This document shows, piece after piece, positions 39,776-51,338 of a stretch of 64,000 bases of DNA (positions are counted from its first letter, which is position 1; the number at the start of each line of letters is the position of its first letter). Source of the DNA: Desulfobacterales bacterium. Its GTDB lineage: Bacteria > Desulfobacterota > Desulfobacteria > Desulfobacterales > UBA2174. The DNA lies in contig CAXXWC010000010.1 of the NCBI GenBank assembly GCA_963668645.2, positions 128,001-192,000 of the forward strand, read 5' to 3'. Below the pieces are notes generated by a model. That model had not been told where the DNA came from and searched no databases. It saw nothing but the letters and a program-made list of their open reading frames with translations. The position numbers and the translations under genes are program-made.

Positions 39776-41209
39776 TCAACGGGATGGATGGCCCTCGACG
39801 AAAACCGCCGCTTGCGCATCCACCCAACGCCCGCCCAGGGCACGGTAAAGGGTCACACGGTTTTGCAGCAGCTCGGCCTGCTGGACGATAGCTTCGCGTT
39901 CGAGCTGTTGAACGGCGGTCAGATGGGTGAGCACGGGCAGGTAATCGCTCAAGCCCTTGCGGTAACGCAGCATGGCCTGGTCCAAGGCCAGACGGGCCAC
40001 CGCCAGTTCCCGTTGCAGAGCCTCCAGGTGGCCCCGGCGGGCCGCTTCGCTCACCAGGGCATCGTGGACTTCCCGGATGGCCGTATACACGGTCAGGCGG
40101 TAGGCCCACAGGGACTGGTCGGCTTCGGCCAAACGTTGTTCCACCACGGCCTGGCGCCGGTGGCCGTCGTAGAGCGGAGCGGTGAGGCTGGCGGCCAGGC
40201 TCATGATCCAATCTTCCAGCAGACGCTCGAAACGCACGGCCTTCCACCCGGCCGAGGCGGAAAGGGTCAGGTCCGGCAGCCGGGCGGCCCGGGCCGCGGC
40301 AATCTGCCAGTCGGCGGCGGCCAGGCGCCGCCCGGCGGCCCGGATATCCGGTCGGTGGGCCAGAAGATCGGCCGGCAGCCCCACAGCCGGCACCGGCGGC
40401 AGGGACGGCAGATCGGTTGCGTCCAGTTGCGGAGCGGTGCCCGGTGCCCGGCCGAGCAGCAGGCTCAGGGCGCTTTGCTGTTGGCCTTCGGTTTCGGCGA
40501 CCAGGGGAATGGCGGCCTGGACCTGCTCGACCACCTGCTGCTGCTGGTAGACGTCCAGTGCCGAGGCCAGGCCCTTGGAAAATCGGAGTCTGACCAATTC
40601 GAGGTAGGTGCGGCTGGTGGCCAGTTGAGCTTCCAGGAGCCGGCGGCGCGCCTTCTGGGCCACGATCTGGATCCAGCACCGGGCCACCTCACCGCTGACG
40701 GTCATGGCGGCCGCGCCCAGATCTTCGGTCGCGGCGGCCACATCCTGCCACGCAGCCTGGCGTTCGGCGTCCAGCCGGCCCCACCAGTCGAACTCGTAAG
40801 CCGCGGCCAGCACGAGGGAATAACCCTCCGAAGCCGTCGTTTTCCCCCCCAGCCGGCGCCGCTGGCCGGCGGCATCGCCCTCCAGGTCCAGTTCGGGCAT
40901 CTTGGAGGCCTGGGTGCCGCGGGCTAGGGCCTGGACCTGGCGCAAGCGGGCCGCGGCGGTGCGGATGGAAAAGTCGCCGGCCAGGGCGGCGGTTACCAGC
41001 CGGTTGAGTTCATCGACCCCGAAAACCTCCCACCACTGCTCCGGCATGGGTTCGCCGGACGCCTCGTAAAGCGGATAGGTCGCGGGCAAAAGGCCCTGGG
41101 GCGCGGACCGGCCGGCCGGTGTATAGGGGCTGCAGGCCGCCAGACATGCCAATGCCGCCACGGCCCACCACCATCGCCGAGCTTCGAATGCCATCCATCC
41201 CGTCCTCAC
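39776..41209 (-). CDS. Outer-membrane efflux lipoprotein (NodT/OprM family)
   Basis: Lipobox LAAC; WWEVF, LPADLLAHRPDI and LYRALGG. Confidence 0.92.
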   Translation of the reverse strand: MRTGWMAFEARRWWWAVAALACLAACSPYTPAGRSAPQGLLPATYPLYEASGEPMPEQWWEVFGVDELNRLVTAALAGDFSIRTAAARLRQVQALARGTQASKMPELDLEGDAAGQRRRLGGKTTASEGYSLVLAAAYEFDWWGRLDAERQAAWQDVAAATEDLGAAAMTVSGEVARCWIQIVAQKARRRLLEAQLATSRTYLELVRLRFSKGLASALDVYQQQQVVEQVQAAIPLVAETEGQQQSALSLLLGRAPGTAPQLDATDLPSLPPVPAVGLPADLLAHRPDIRAAGRRLAAADWQIAAARAARLPDLTLSASAGWKAVRFERLLEDWIMSLAASLTAPLYDGHRRQAVVEQRLAEADQSLWAYRLTVYTAIREVHDALVSEAARRGHLEALQRELAVARLALDQAMLRYRKGLSDYLPVLTHLTAVQQLEREAIVQQAELLQNRVTLYRALGGRWVDAQAAVFVEGHPSR

Positions 41210-41275
41210 ACAAAGACACCCTCTTCCGGGGATCGGAGCGCCCGGATCGCATCGCGTTTGATACCGCGGATTATA

Positions 41276-42658
41276 CTAAGGTCGCCCCGGACCGGCAAAC
41301 CGCTCCAGGGTTCGCGCCGTGGCCGTATCCAGGGCAAACCGGGCCTGGTGCAGGGCCACCCGCGCCTGGGCCAGGCGTCCATCGGCCTGGACCAGATTGC
41401 GCTGGGCTTCGTTGAGACGGACCAGGGACGCCTGGCCGACGGCGTATTCTTTTTCCACCAGATCGCGGTGCCGGGCCACCAGGTCCGCGTTGCGGCGCTG
41501 GAGCCCGAGCTGGTCGGCCGCCGCCGCCAGTTCATCCAGGGCCTGGACGATCTCGGCCGAAACGTTCAACCGCCGGCTTTCCAGTTCCCTGGCCGTTGCG
41601 GTGCGGTTCTCGCGGGCTTCGGCCACCCGGGCGCGGTGATAGCCGCCGGCAAAGAGATTGAAGCTCAGCGACATCCCCATCCGGGTTTCAAAATCGTCCC
41701 CGCCCAAACGGGCGTCGTTGGTCCGGTCCCCATTCACGCCGGCCGCCAGGCTGACCGTCGGCCAGTAACCGGCCCGGGCGGCGCCGATTCCGGCTTCGGC
41801 CGCTTCCACCGCCTGTTCCCACTGGGACAGATCCGGTCTGTGGGTAAAGGCGTAGGCGACCTGATCACCCGCCTCGGGGACCGCCAGATCGGCGGCCGTC
41901 TCCCGGGCCAGATCGGCCAGGACCATCCCGTCGGGCAGGTGCGCATCGCCGTAGCCGAGCAGGGCCGCCAGACCGGTCAGGGCGGAAAGCTCCCGGCTGC
42001 GGGCGGTGATCAGCGTCCCATGGGCCGCGTTGACGGCCACCTCGAAGTTGAGCACGTCGCTGAGCGAGCCGGTGCCCACCTGCCGCCGGAGCCGCGCTTC
42101 CTCCATCAAGCGGCCGTTGTAGGCGGCGTCGGCCCGGGATATGGCCACCGATTCGCGGGCCAACTGGGCCCCGAAATAGGCGTCGGCCACGGCGGCCAGC
42201 AGCAAGCGCCGCGCGTCGTCGCGGGCCGCTGCCGTCTCGCCATGCCCGTAGCGGGCCTGAAGCAGTGCAAAACGGCGTGCGAAGCCGTCGAAGAGGGTCC
42301 AGGAGGCGGTCAGCCCGCCCTGGTAGTAGTCGACCGGATCCGCCAGGGTGGCCGCCGGATTCAGCGCCCGCATCTGCGCCAGGCTGGCTTGATAGTCGCT
42401 GTCGGCCATCTCGACCCTGGACACCCCGGCCGAGGCGTCCAGCCGCGGCCAGTATGCCGCGCGGGCCTGGTGCACCCGCTGTACGGCGCCCGCCACCCGG
42501 GCCGCCGCCGCGGCCAGGGTCGGATTGGCCGCCAGCGCGATGCGCCCGGCGCTTTCCAGATCGAGCACCCGGGGCGCTTCCGGCTGGCCGGCGTGCGCCA
42601 TGGGGCCGATCCATAGCATAATGGCAAGCGATGCAAAAATTTTTCGGATCCGTTTCAT
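41276..42658 (-). CDS. TolC-family outer-membrane protein
   Basis: Signal peptide; ALAANP, duplicated YWP...LFDG/LFAG OEP repeats and RPDL. Confidence 0.9.
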   Translation of the reverse strand: MKRIRKIFASLAIMLWIGPMAHAGQPEAPRVLDLESAGRIALAANPTLAAAAARVAGAVQRVHQARAAYWPRLDASAGVSRVEMADSDYQASLAQMRALNPAATLADPVDYYQGGLTASWTLFDGFARRFALLQARYGHGETAAARDDARRLLLAAVADAYFGAQLARESVAISRADAAYNGRLMEEARLRRQVGTGSLSDVLNFEVAVNAAHGTLITARSRELSALTGLAALLGYGDAHLPDGMVLADLARETAADLAVPEAGDQVAYAFTHRPDLSQWEQAVEAAEAGIGAARAGYWPTVSLAAGVNGDRTNDARLGGDDFETRMGMSLSFNLFAGGYHRARVAEARENRTATARELESRRLNVSAEIVQALDELAAAADQLGLQRRNADLVARHRDLVEKEYAVGQASLVRLNEAQRNLVQADGRLAQARVALHQARFALDTATARTLERFAGPGRP

Positions 42659-42745
42659 GATCAACCGCCGAATTTTTTTACCCAAGGCCCTAAAAGGGCA
42701 TCTTCAACCCGGTTTCTTTCCTCTTGCCCCTGCCCGCGCTGCGGC

Positions 42746-45700
42746 CTAGCGCTCGGCGCCGAACACCGCCTCGGGCGGCCGGCAGGCCGGTGCCGGCCCA
42801 TCGCCGGTTTGCAGCGCCATCCGGTCTTCACGGCGCATCCGGGCCGGCTCAACTTCCTCGCGCAGCACCCAGCACCCCCTGCGGAGACGGTGGGCCGCCA
42901 GGCGCAGGTCGTTGAGAATGGCCATCAGGCTGGGCACCAGCACCAGGGTCAGGAGGGTGGCAAAGGCGACTCCGGCGGCCAGCGACAGGGCCATGGGAAT
43001 CAGAAAGCGTGCCTGGAGGTCCTGTTCCATGATCATCGGCGCCAGGCCGCCCACCGTGCTCACCGTGGTGAGGAAAATCGCCCGGAAACGGCGGCCGCCG
43101 CCGGTGCTCAAAGCTTCGAAAAAAGGCATCCCCCCAGCGATGTTCTCGTTGACCCGCTCGATGAGCACGATGGCGTCGTTAACCACCACCCCGGTCAGGG
43201 CCACCATGCCGAAAATACTCATGATCGACAGGTCGAAGCCGAGCAGCAGGTGGCCGAGCACCGCCCCGATGAACCCGAAAGGGATGGTGAACATGATCAC
43301 GAAGGGCTGGGCATAGGAGCGGAAAATGGTGGCGATGATGATGAAAATGCCCAGCACCGCCAGGGGGAATCCCACGTAAAGGGTGGCAAAGGATTCGCGC
43401 ATCTTCTTTTTTTCACCCTGGGCCGCGATGTAGCACTCCGGGTGCTGCCTGCGCAGTTGGGGAAAGAAGCCGGCCTCCAGTTCGGCGAAGATTTCGTTGG
43501 CGTTGGCCTTGTGGCTGTCCACCTCGGCGCTGACGGCCACCCGGCGCAGTCCGTCGGTGCGCGTGATGGTCGAATAGCCGGGCGAACGGTGCAGGTCGGC
43601 CACGGAGCGCAGCGGCACCTGGCGGCCGTCGGCCGTGCGGATGCGCAGGTGCTCCAGGCTGTCGGCCTGGCGCCGTTCACCGGCCGTGTAGCGCACCTTG
43701 ACGCGGATATCCTCCCGGCCGCGCTGCAATCGCAAAGCCTCGTCGCCGTAGTAGGCCGCGTTGACCTGGCGCGCCAGGTCTTCCACCGTCAGGCCCAGGG
43801 CACGCGCCTCGGGCTTCAGACTCAGGCGGATCTCTTCCTTGCCCGGTGAAAAATCCGAGCGGACCTGGAATACGCCCTCGAAGCGCTTCAGCCGGGCCAT
43901 CACGGCGTCAGCCGCCGTGAGGATCGATGGCATGTCATGGCCCTGGATCCAGATCTCGATGGGTGCCCCCGGAGGCCCGGCGTTCATCCCCTCGATGCTC
44001 AGGGACCGCAAACCGGGGATGATGCCGATCTCCTGTTCCCATGCCACCATGATGTCCTTGGAATGCACCCCGCGGCGCTCCGAGGCGAGCAAAATGGCCT
44101 GCACCGAGCCGACGTGGGGACCGGACTTGGGAATCTCCTGCAGGGTCTGGCCGGCGATGCTCAGCCGGTCGACCAGCATCGGTTCTCCGGAAATCGTGGG
44201 GGTATTCTGGTTGAGACGCAGCAGGGCCGCCTCCACCCTCTCGAGGGCCTCGCGGGTCACCTCGGCCGGGGTCCCGTCAGGGAATTCCAGCGTGGCGGTG
44301 GCCACGAAACCGTCGATGTCCGGAAAAACCACGAATTTGACGAACCCGCCGCGCACCAGGCCCACGGTGAGCAGCAGGAGGCTGACGGTGGTGCATGCGG
44401 AAATGTAGCGCCAGCGCATCGAATGGCGCAAAAAAGGCTGATAGACGCGCGCCACAAACCATTCCATCCCGTTGGCGATGGTACGCCGCACCCGCTCCAT
44501 GCGCCCGGCCAGGGTCCGCTTCCGGCCCAGGCCCTCCTTGGGATCGGGCAGGGTGCTCAGGTGGGCCGGCAGCAGGATGAGGCACTCGATCAGCGAGATG
44601 GCCAGGCAGGCCATGACCACCGCCGGCAGGATGCGGATAAATTTTCCCATGATACCGCCGACGTAGGCCAGCGGTAAAAAGGCCAGCATCGTGGTGGTGA
44701 CGGCCGCCACCACCGGCATGCCCACTTCGCTAACCCCGTCCACCGCCGCCCGCAACGGCGGCTTGCCCGCCTTTCGGTGCACGTAGATCGCCTCGCCCAC
44801 GATGATCGCGTCGTCCACCACGATCCCCAGCACCATGATGAAACCGAAAAGCGAGATCATGTTCAGGGTGCCGCCCATCCACCACAGGATCGCCAAGGCA
44901 CCGGCGATGGATACGGGGATGCCCATTCCGGCCCAGAAGGAAAGGCGCATATCGAGAAAGAGCCAGAGGGAGAAAAAGACGATGGCCAGGCCGATGAGTC
45001 CGTTTCTCATCAGCAGGTGGATGCGCGCCCGCAGCATCTCGGTGTTGTCGTAGAGGATGCGGAAATTGGCGCCCGCCGGCAGGGCCCGGCGCCGCTGATC
45101 GACGAAATGCTGCACCGCCTCGCTGATCTTCAGCGAGTCTTCTTCCTTGGTCTTGTAAACGATGAGCATCACGGCGCGCTCGCCGTTGATGCGGCCGCGC
45201 ACCGGGTCTTCAGTAAACCCGTCATCGATGGTCGCCAGGCGGTCGAGCGTCACGATATCGCCGCCGGGACGGGCCAGGACCACGATCCGGGCCAGTTCCT
45301 TGCCGGTGTACTTGCGGCCCATGGTGCGCACCCGGATCTCCTCGCCCTGGGTGCGGATCGTGCCCCCGGCCAGGTTGAGATTGCTGCGGCGCACCGCTTC
45401 GGTCACCTGGCCGAAGCTCAACCCGTATTCGCGCAGGCGCTCCTCTGAAATCTCGATGCCGATCTCGTAGTCCCTGGCCCCGAAGATCGCCACCTGGCTC
45501 ACCGGCTCGAGGGCCTGCAGTTCGTCCTTGATCTGCTCGGCCCACTCCTTGAGCCGGCGCTCGTTCATGTCGCCGCTCAAGTAAAGGAGCACCACCAGAT
45601 CCTTGAGGGTCATTTCGGTGATCACCGGAGCCTCGGCATCCGCCGGGAAGGTGGAGATGGCATCCACCTGGCTGCGCACCTTGTCGAGCACGTCCTGCAG

Positions 45701-46003
45701 TTCGTAGCTCTCTTTGACCTCGATGAGGGCCGTGCCGATATTTTCGCCGCTCTCGGTGGTGTATTGCTTGATCCCCTCGATCCCCTCGATGGCCTCCTCG
45801 ATCTTGCGGCTGATCCCTTCCTCGACCTCCTCGGGATCGGCACCCGGGTACGGCACCGAAATGGTGATCATGTCGAGGGAAAACTCGGGAAAATTCTCCC
45901 GGATCATCGACATCGCGGCGATCCCCCCGGCCACGAAGATCAGCAGGAGCACGATATTGGCAAAAACGGTGTTGCGGGCAAAAGCCGCCAGGAGGTTTCT
46001 CAT
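42746..46003 (-). CDS. RND efflux transporter permease (AcrB/AcrD/AcrF family)
   Basis: 1085 aa; GIVVDDAIIVGE, GVVVNDAIVL and RFRAIFLTT. Confidence 0.95.
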   Translation of the reverse strand: MRNLLAAFARNTVFANIVLLLIFVAGGIAAMSMIRENFPEFSLDMITISVPYPGADPEEVEEGISRKIEEAIEGIEGIKQYTTESGENIGTALIEVKESYELQDVLDKVRSQVDAISTFPADAEAPVITEMTLKDLVVLLYLSGDMNERRLKEWAEQIKDELQALEPVSQVAIFGARDYEIGIEISEERLREYGLSFGQVTEAVRRSNLNLAGGTIRTQGEEIRVRTMGRKYTGKELARIVVLARPGGDIVTLDRLATIDDGFTEDPVRGRINGERAVMLIVYKTKEEDSLKISEAVQHFVDQRRRALPAGANFRILYDNTEMLRARIHLLMRNGLIGLAIVFFSLWLFLDMRLSFWAGMGIPVSIAGALAILWWMGGTLNMISLFGFIMVLGIVVDDAIIVGEAIYVHRKAGKPPLRAAVDGVSEVGMPVVAAVTTTMLAFLPLAYVGGIMGKFIRILPAVVMACLAISLIECLILLPAHLSTLPDPKEGLGRKRTLAGRMERVRRTIANGMEWFVARVYQPFLRHSMRWRYISACTTVSLLLLTVGLVRGGFVKFVVFPDIDGFVATATLEFPDGTPAEVTREALERVEAALLRLNQNTPTISGEPMLVDRLSIAGQTLQEIPKSGPHVGSVQAILLASERRGVHSKDIMVAWEQEIGIIPGLRSLSIEGMNAGPPGAPIEIWIQGHDMPSILTAADAVMARLKRFEGVFQVRSDFSPGKEEIRLSLKPEARALGLTVEDLARQVNAAYYGDEALRLQRGREDIRVKVRYTAGERRQADSLEHLRIRTADGRQVPLRSVADLHRSPGYSTITRTDGLRRVAVSAEVDSHKANANEIFAELEAGFFPQLRRQHPECYIAAQGEKKKMRESFATLYVGFPLAVLGIFIIIATIFRSYAQPFVIMFTIPFGFIGAVLGHLLLGFDLSIMSIFGMVALTGVVVNDAIVLIERVNENIAGGMPFFEALSTGGGRRFRAIFLTTVSTVGGLAPMIMEQDLQARFLIPMALSLAAGVAFATLLTLVLVPSLMAILNDLRLAAHRLRRGCWVLREEVEPARMRREDRMALQTGDGPAPACRPPEAVFGAER

Positions 46004-47349
46004 GATGCCTCCCGGCCCTCATCGAGACGGCTGATCTCCAGCAGCGAGTTTTCCAGCGGGTCGACCAGGCGCGTGGTGATCACCAGGTCCCCCGGGGCGA
46101 GTCCTGCGGCGATGAACGCCAAATCATCCTCGACCCGGGCAACGGAGACCGCAACGGTCTTGAGCCGGTTGTCACGGGCCACGTAGACCGTGTCGTTGAG
46201 GCTCACGGACCAGCGGGGCACGGGGGCCACATTCTCCATCACGCGTCCGGGAATCTCGACCCGGCAGAACATTCCGTCCACCAGCGGCAAAACACCGGGC
46301 CCTGCCCCAAGCGCCTCTGCGGCCGTGACGCGCACCGCCACGGTGAGGGTGCGAGTGCCCGGGTCGAACTCCACCACCCGGTGCAGCCGGCCCATCCAGA
46401 CGTGGTCGTCGCTATCTTCGGTCCAGTTGATGCGCACCGGCTGCGGCACCAATCCGTTGAACCAGGCGCTGTTGCGGCCGGCCGCAGTCCCGTTGAAGCG
46501 CAGCCAGCGGCGGGCATCGCGGCTGTCCAGGGGCACCTGGATCTCCAGCAGGCTGTCGTCGGCCAGGGTCACGGCGACCTGGCCCGGGGAGACGAACTGC
46601 CCCGCTTCCAGGGATGCGTGCTTGACCCGGCCGGTAAAAGGCGCCTCGACCCGGCAGCGGGCCATGTTGGCCGCGGCCAGCGACCGGCCGGCCCGGGCCG
46701 CGGCCAGGCGGCTTTCGTTTTCGCGGATCTGCAAAGGGTAAAGCACCACGGCCTGGGCCATCAGATCCGCCTGGTCGGCTGCGGCGTTCATCGCCCGCTC
46801 GGCAGCGTCCACGCCGGAACGGGTGCCGACGCTGTGGGTTTCAAAGAGGGTTTGCAGGCGCTGGTATTCGGCCTGGGCCAGATCGCGGCTGCGCCGGAGG
46901 GTGACCAGCCGCTCGGCGTCAAGATTCTGCTGCTTTTTGAGCCGGGTAACAGCGCTTTCGAGCTGGGCCACGGCGGCCCGGGCTTCGTCCAAGGCTGCCT
47001 GGTAGTTGCGCGGATCGATCTCGAACAGGACTTCACCCGCATTGATCACGCTGCCGACCTCCAGCCGGGGATGGACCGCTTCGACCCGGCCGGAAACCTC
47101 GGGTGCGATGTTCACCTCGTTGAGGGCCCGCATCTCGCCATGGCCGCAAATCGTGACCGGCACGTTCCGGGGCGCAGCCTTGACAACCTCGACTTTCAGC
47201 GTCCGCTCCTTGGGCTTGGCCTCGGCCGGCGGCTTGCGCATGGAGGTCATCGCCGCCATGCCCGCAACCCCGGCCAGCAGAACGGCCGTGCATATGACGA
47301 TGCGCTTGAGCACATTGCCGGCCGTCACCGGAAGACGTTTCTCTTTCAT
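46000..47349 (-). CDS. RND periplasmic adaptor (membrane fusion protein)
   Basis: GGAG RBS; TM helix; PEVSGRV, VEAPFTG and GLAPGDLV. 4-nt overlap with the RND gene. Confidence 0.9.
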   Translation of the reverse strand: MKEKRLPVTAGNVLKRIVICTAVLLAGVAGMAAMTSMRKPPAEAKPKERTLKVEVVKAAPRNVPVTICGHGEMRALNEVNIAPEVSGRVEAVHPRLEVGSVINAGEVLFEIDPRNYQAALDEARAAVAQLESAVTRLKKQQNLDAERLVTLRRSRDLAQAEYQRLQTLFETHSVGTRSGVDAAERAMNAAADQADLMAQAVVLYPLQIRENESRLAAARAGRSLAAANMARCRVEAPFTGRVKHASLEAGQFVSPGQVAVTLADDSLLEIQVPLDSRDARRWLRFNGTAAGRNSAWFNGLVPQPVRINWTEDSDDHVWMGRLHRVVEFDPGTRTLTVAVRVTAAEALGAGPGVLPLVDGMFCRVEIPGRVMENVAPVPRWSVSLNDTVYVARDNRLKTVAVSVARVEDDLAFIAAGLAPGDLVITTRLVDPLENSLLEISRLDEGREAS

Positions 47350-47418
47350 TTGGGGACTCCACGTTTCGGGGCCGCAACTTTTGCCCGGGGACCTGAACCG
47401 TTTCACCAAAAAGCCGGA

Positions 47419-47913
47419 TCAGGCGGCCGGAATATTGGACGGCAGGTCATTGGCAAACATCACCTCGCGCACCGCCAGCATCACCTCGCACCATTTGCGG
47501 GTCATATCCGGACCGAGGCGCTGTACCAGACTGACAAAATCCTGGAGGATGACGTCATGAACCCGGTCGTAGTTCGCTTTGGCTTCCGGCGACAGGCGCA
47601 CCTGCACCCGGCGCCGGTCCTCGGGGTCCGGCTGGCGGGTCAACACGCCCCGTTCCACCAGCCGCTCGACCATGGCCGAGGCCGAAGGCGCCGACACGGC
47701 CAGCAGCGCGGCCAGCCGGGTGATGGAAAGCGGTTCATGGTCCTTGACGGCCATCATGGCAAGAATCTGGGCTAAGGACATCTCGGCCAAAGGAAGCGGC
47801 TGCTCAGCGGCCCGGCTGTGCCCGGCGCTTTGCATGCGCAGGGTCCGGTCGCGGATCAGCTTGCCGGTGGCCATGATCAGGACCGCCTGGCTTTGGGGAT
47901 CTTCGGGGATCAT
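47419..47913 (-). CDS. MarR-family transcriptional regulator
   Basis: wHTH SITRLAALLAVSAPSASAMVERLVERG and DPEDRR. GGAG RBS before ATG 47913. Confidence 0.92.
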   Translation of the reverse strand: MIPEDPQSQAVLIMATGKLIRDRTLRMQSAGHSRAAEQPLPLAEMSLAQILAMMAVKDHEPLSITRLAALLAVSAPSASAMVERLVERGVLTRQPDPEDRRRVQVRLSPEAKANYDRVHDVILQDFVSLVQRLGPDMTRKWCEVMLAVREVMFANDLPSNIPAA

Positions 47914-48028
47914 ATCGGCTCCGGAAGATAATCGGAGCTCGTCGGATCGGACGCTTTTGGCATATACATCCACATGGCGGCTCGTGCGACAAGTCCCTTT
48001 GACGATTTTTTTGGATAAATAAAAAAAA

Positions 48029-48084
48029 TTAGTCTTTCTAAATATTAGAGAGACGCACTATATGGAATACGAATTTAATGTCAA
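48029..48084 (-). promoter_or_regulatory. Sigma-70 promoter of the marR-RND operon with candidate operator
   Basis: Minus strand TTGACA (48084-48079)-N16-TATAGT (48062-48057). Inverted repeat TTAG-N5-CTAA at 48029-48041 just downstream. Confidence 0.6.
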
Positions 48085-48195
48085 GCCCCATCCGTCCAGG
48101 ACAATCGGCACCGCTCCGGTTGACCGGCTCCCGGTTGGTGTTACCTTTCAACGAATTTACACGAACCGCATCGGTCGCAAGGAGGCCCGCAACGC

Positions 48196-50031
48196 ATGGA
48201 AAAACACCACAAGTTCTCACTTTGGTACATCATTCTCGGCATATGGGTAGTTCTGCTGGTACACAACCTGATCTTCTCGGCCATCGCCATCAAGACCATC
48301 CCCTACAGCGAGTTTTTAAAGCTGCTCGAAGCGGGCAAGGTCAGTGAAGTGGCGGTTTCGGCCAATCTGATCCAGGGCCGTCTGGCCGAAGGGGCCGCGG
48401 GGGGCGGCAGTCTCTTTCGCACCGTGCGCGTCGATCCGGAGGTCTCCCAGAAGCTCGAACGGTACAAGGTGACCTTCAAGGGTGAGATCGAATCGACCTT
48501 CCTGCACGACCTGCTCTCATGGGTGGTGCCCATCGTGCTCTTTGTGGGCATCTGGGCCTTCATGATCCGGCGCATGCAAAGCCAGCAGCCCGGATTCATG
48601 AGCCTGGGCAAGAACAAGGCCAAGATCTACATGCAGGAAGAGCTCGACGTGCGCTTTCCTGACGTGGCCGGGGTGGAAGAAGCCAAACAGGAGCTGGTGG
48701 AGGTGGTCCAGTTTCTAAAGGAACCGGAACGCTTCACCCGTCTGGGGGGCAAGATGCCCCGGGGGATCCTGCTGGTCGGCCCTCCGGGCACCGGAAAGAC
48801 CATGCTGGCCAAGGCCGTGGCCGGCGAAAGCGGTGTGCCCTTCTTTTCCATGAGCGGCTCGGAGTTCGTGGAGATGTTTGTCGGCCTGGGCGCCGCCCGG
48901 GTGCGCGACCTCTTCGTGCAGGCCAAGCAGAAAGCCCCTTGCATTATTTTCATCGACGAACTCGACGCTCTGGGCAAGGCCCGCGGGGTGGCCAGCATGG
49001 GCGGCCACGACGAACGCGAACAGACCCTCAACCAGCTTCTGGTGGAGATGGATGGTTTCGACCCCCAGGTGGGCGTGATCCTCATGGCAGCCACCAACCG
49101 GCCTGAAATTCTCGACCCGGCCCTGCTGCGGCCGGGACGCTTCGACCGCCAGGTGTTGGTGGACCGGCCGGACAAGGCGGGCCGTGAAGCGATCTTGAAA
49201 GTTCACCTGAAAACCATCCAGGCCACCGAAGAACTTGATGTGGAGCGCATCGCCGCCATGACCTCGGGCATGAGCGGGGCCGACCTGGCCAACCTGGTCA
49301 ACGAAGCGGCACTGCTGGCGGTGCGCCGTGACAAGGACATCGTGGGCATGGCCGAGTTCGAAGAAGCCGTGGAGCGGGTGGTGGCCGGGCTGGAAAAGAA
49401 GAACCGGCTGATCAACCCGGAGGAAAAAAAGATCGTGGCCTACCACGAACTGGGCCACGCCCTGGTGGCCCTGGACCTTCCCGGTACCGATCCGGTCCAG
49501 AAGATCACCATCGTGCCCCGGGGCATCGCGGCCCTGGGCTACACCATGCAGGTGCCCACCGAGGACCGTTTCCTGATGCGGCGCACCGAGCTGCTCAACA
49601 AGATCGCCACCTTGCTGGGGGGGCGGGCCGCCGAGGAAATCGTCTTCGGCGACATCTCCACCGGCGCCCACAACGATCTTTCCCGGGCCACGGACATCGC
49701 CCGCTCCATGGTGCGCGAATACGGCATGAGCCAGAAACTCGGGCAGGTCTATTTCGCAGGACCGCGCCGGTCCCAGTTTCTCGCCGGCATGCCTGAAGGG
49801 ACCCCCGAGTACAGCCAGGCCACGGCCGAGACCATCGACGCCGAGGTGCACGAAATCATCGCCGGCCAGTTCCGGGTGGCCCACGACATCCTCGTCAAAC
49901 GCCGCCCGGTCCTGGAAAAAGCGGCCGCCGTCCTGCTGGAAAAAGAAAAGATCGACGGCGAGGAACTCAAGCACCTGGCGGATGAAGTGTCCAGCCCAGC
50001 GGCAGACGCAGCATCCGGCCGCGATGCGTAA
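48196..50031 (+). CDS. ftsH: ATP-dependent zinc metalloprotease FtsH
   Basis: Two TM helices; [28 protein letters not shown] and HELGH zinc motif. AGGAGG RBS. Confidence 0.97.
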   Translation: MEKHHKFSLWYIILGIWVVLLVHNLIFSAIAIKTIPYSEFLKLLEAGKVSEVAVSANLIQGRLAEGAAGGGSLFRTVRVDPEVSQKLERYKVTFKGEIESTFLHDLLSWVVPIVLFVGIWAFMIRRMQSQQPGFMSLGKNKAKIYMQEELDVRFPDVAGVEEAKQELVEVVQFLKEPERFTRLGGKMPRGILLVGPPGTGKTMLAKAVAGESGVPFFSMSGSEFVEMFVGLGAARVRDLFVQAKQKAPCIIFIDELDALGKARGVASMGGHDEREQTLNQLLVEMDGFDPQVGVILMAATNRPEILDPALLRPGRFDRQVLVDRPDKAGREAILKVHLKTIQATEELDVERIAAMTSGMSGADLANLVNEAALLAVRRDKDIVGMAEFEEAVERVVAGLEKKNRLINPEEKKIVAYHELGHALVALDLPGTDPVQKITIVPRGIAALGYTMQVPTEDRFLMRRTELLNKIATLLGGRAAEEIVFGDISTGAHNDLSRATDIARSMVREYGMSQKLGQVYFAGPRRSQFLAGMPEGTPEYSQATAETIDAEVHEIIAGQFRVAHDILVKRRPVLEKAAAVLLEKEKIDGEELKHLADEVSSPAADAASGRDA

Positions 50032-50070
50032 CCTATCCCGCTTCACCTCCGGGAGGAAAGCCGAATAGCA

Positions 50071-50103
50071 AACGGCGGCCAAAAGGCCGCCGTTGTTGTT
50101 TTC
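50071..50103. terminator. Rho-independent terminator between convergent ftsH and dehydratase genes
   Basis: AACGGCGGCC-AAAA-GGCCGCCGTT followed by a T-rich run. Confidence 0.75.
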
Positions 50104-50124
50104 TGTGCCCCAGGCTGCGGTGAG

Positions 50125-51102
<978 letters not shown>

Positions 51103-51220
51103 CGGGCCTCCTTTACGGGGCGTTAACGGGATTCGGATATCGGTCGGTTTTACGCTGTTTACAAATAATTTCAAGCCTTGCTGCAGCCCGATCCGGCAAT
51201 TGCGGCAAAACCGGGGGCAC

Positions 51221-51307
51221 TCAAAGACCGTAGGCCATGGTCAGCAGGGCGGCGACGGCCATGACCATTGCCATGGAGAGACATTCGAGGACCGCGTCCA
51301 AGAGCAT
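51221..51307 (-). CDS. 28-aa hydrophobic micro-peptide (MLLDAVLECLSMAMVMAVAALLTMAYGL)
   Basis: AAGGAG RBS 8 nt before the ATG; one TM-length hydrophobic stretch; starts 31 nt after the stop of the 56-aa ORF. Confidence 0.55.
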   Translation of the reverse strand: MLLDAVLECLSMAMVMAVAALLTMAYGL

Positions 51308-51338
51308 GGTCGACACTCCTTTCCATTTAAGGGCCGGC

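Noticed and set aside
39756..40679. 308-aa N-terminal extension of the MFP (ORF 38505..40679)
   Set aside because: It overlaps the OMF gene in another frame and is Pro/Arg/Gly-rich noise. The real start is ATG 39755.
48085..48195. CIRCE or heat-shock element upstream of ftsH
   Set aside because: No TTAGCACTC-N9-GAGTGCTAA or convincing sigma-32 motif is visible.
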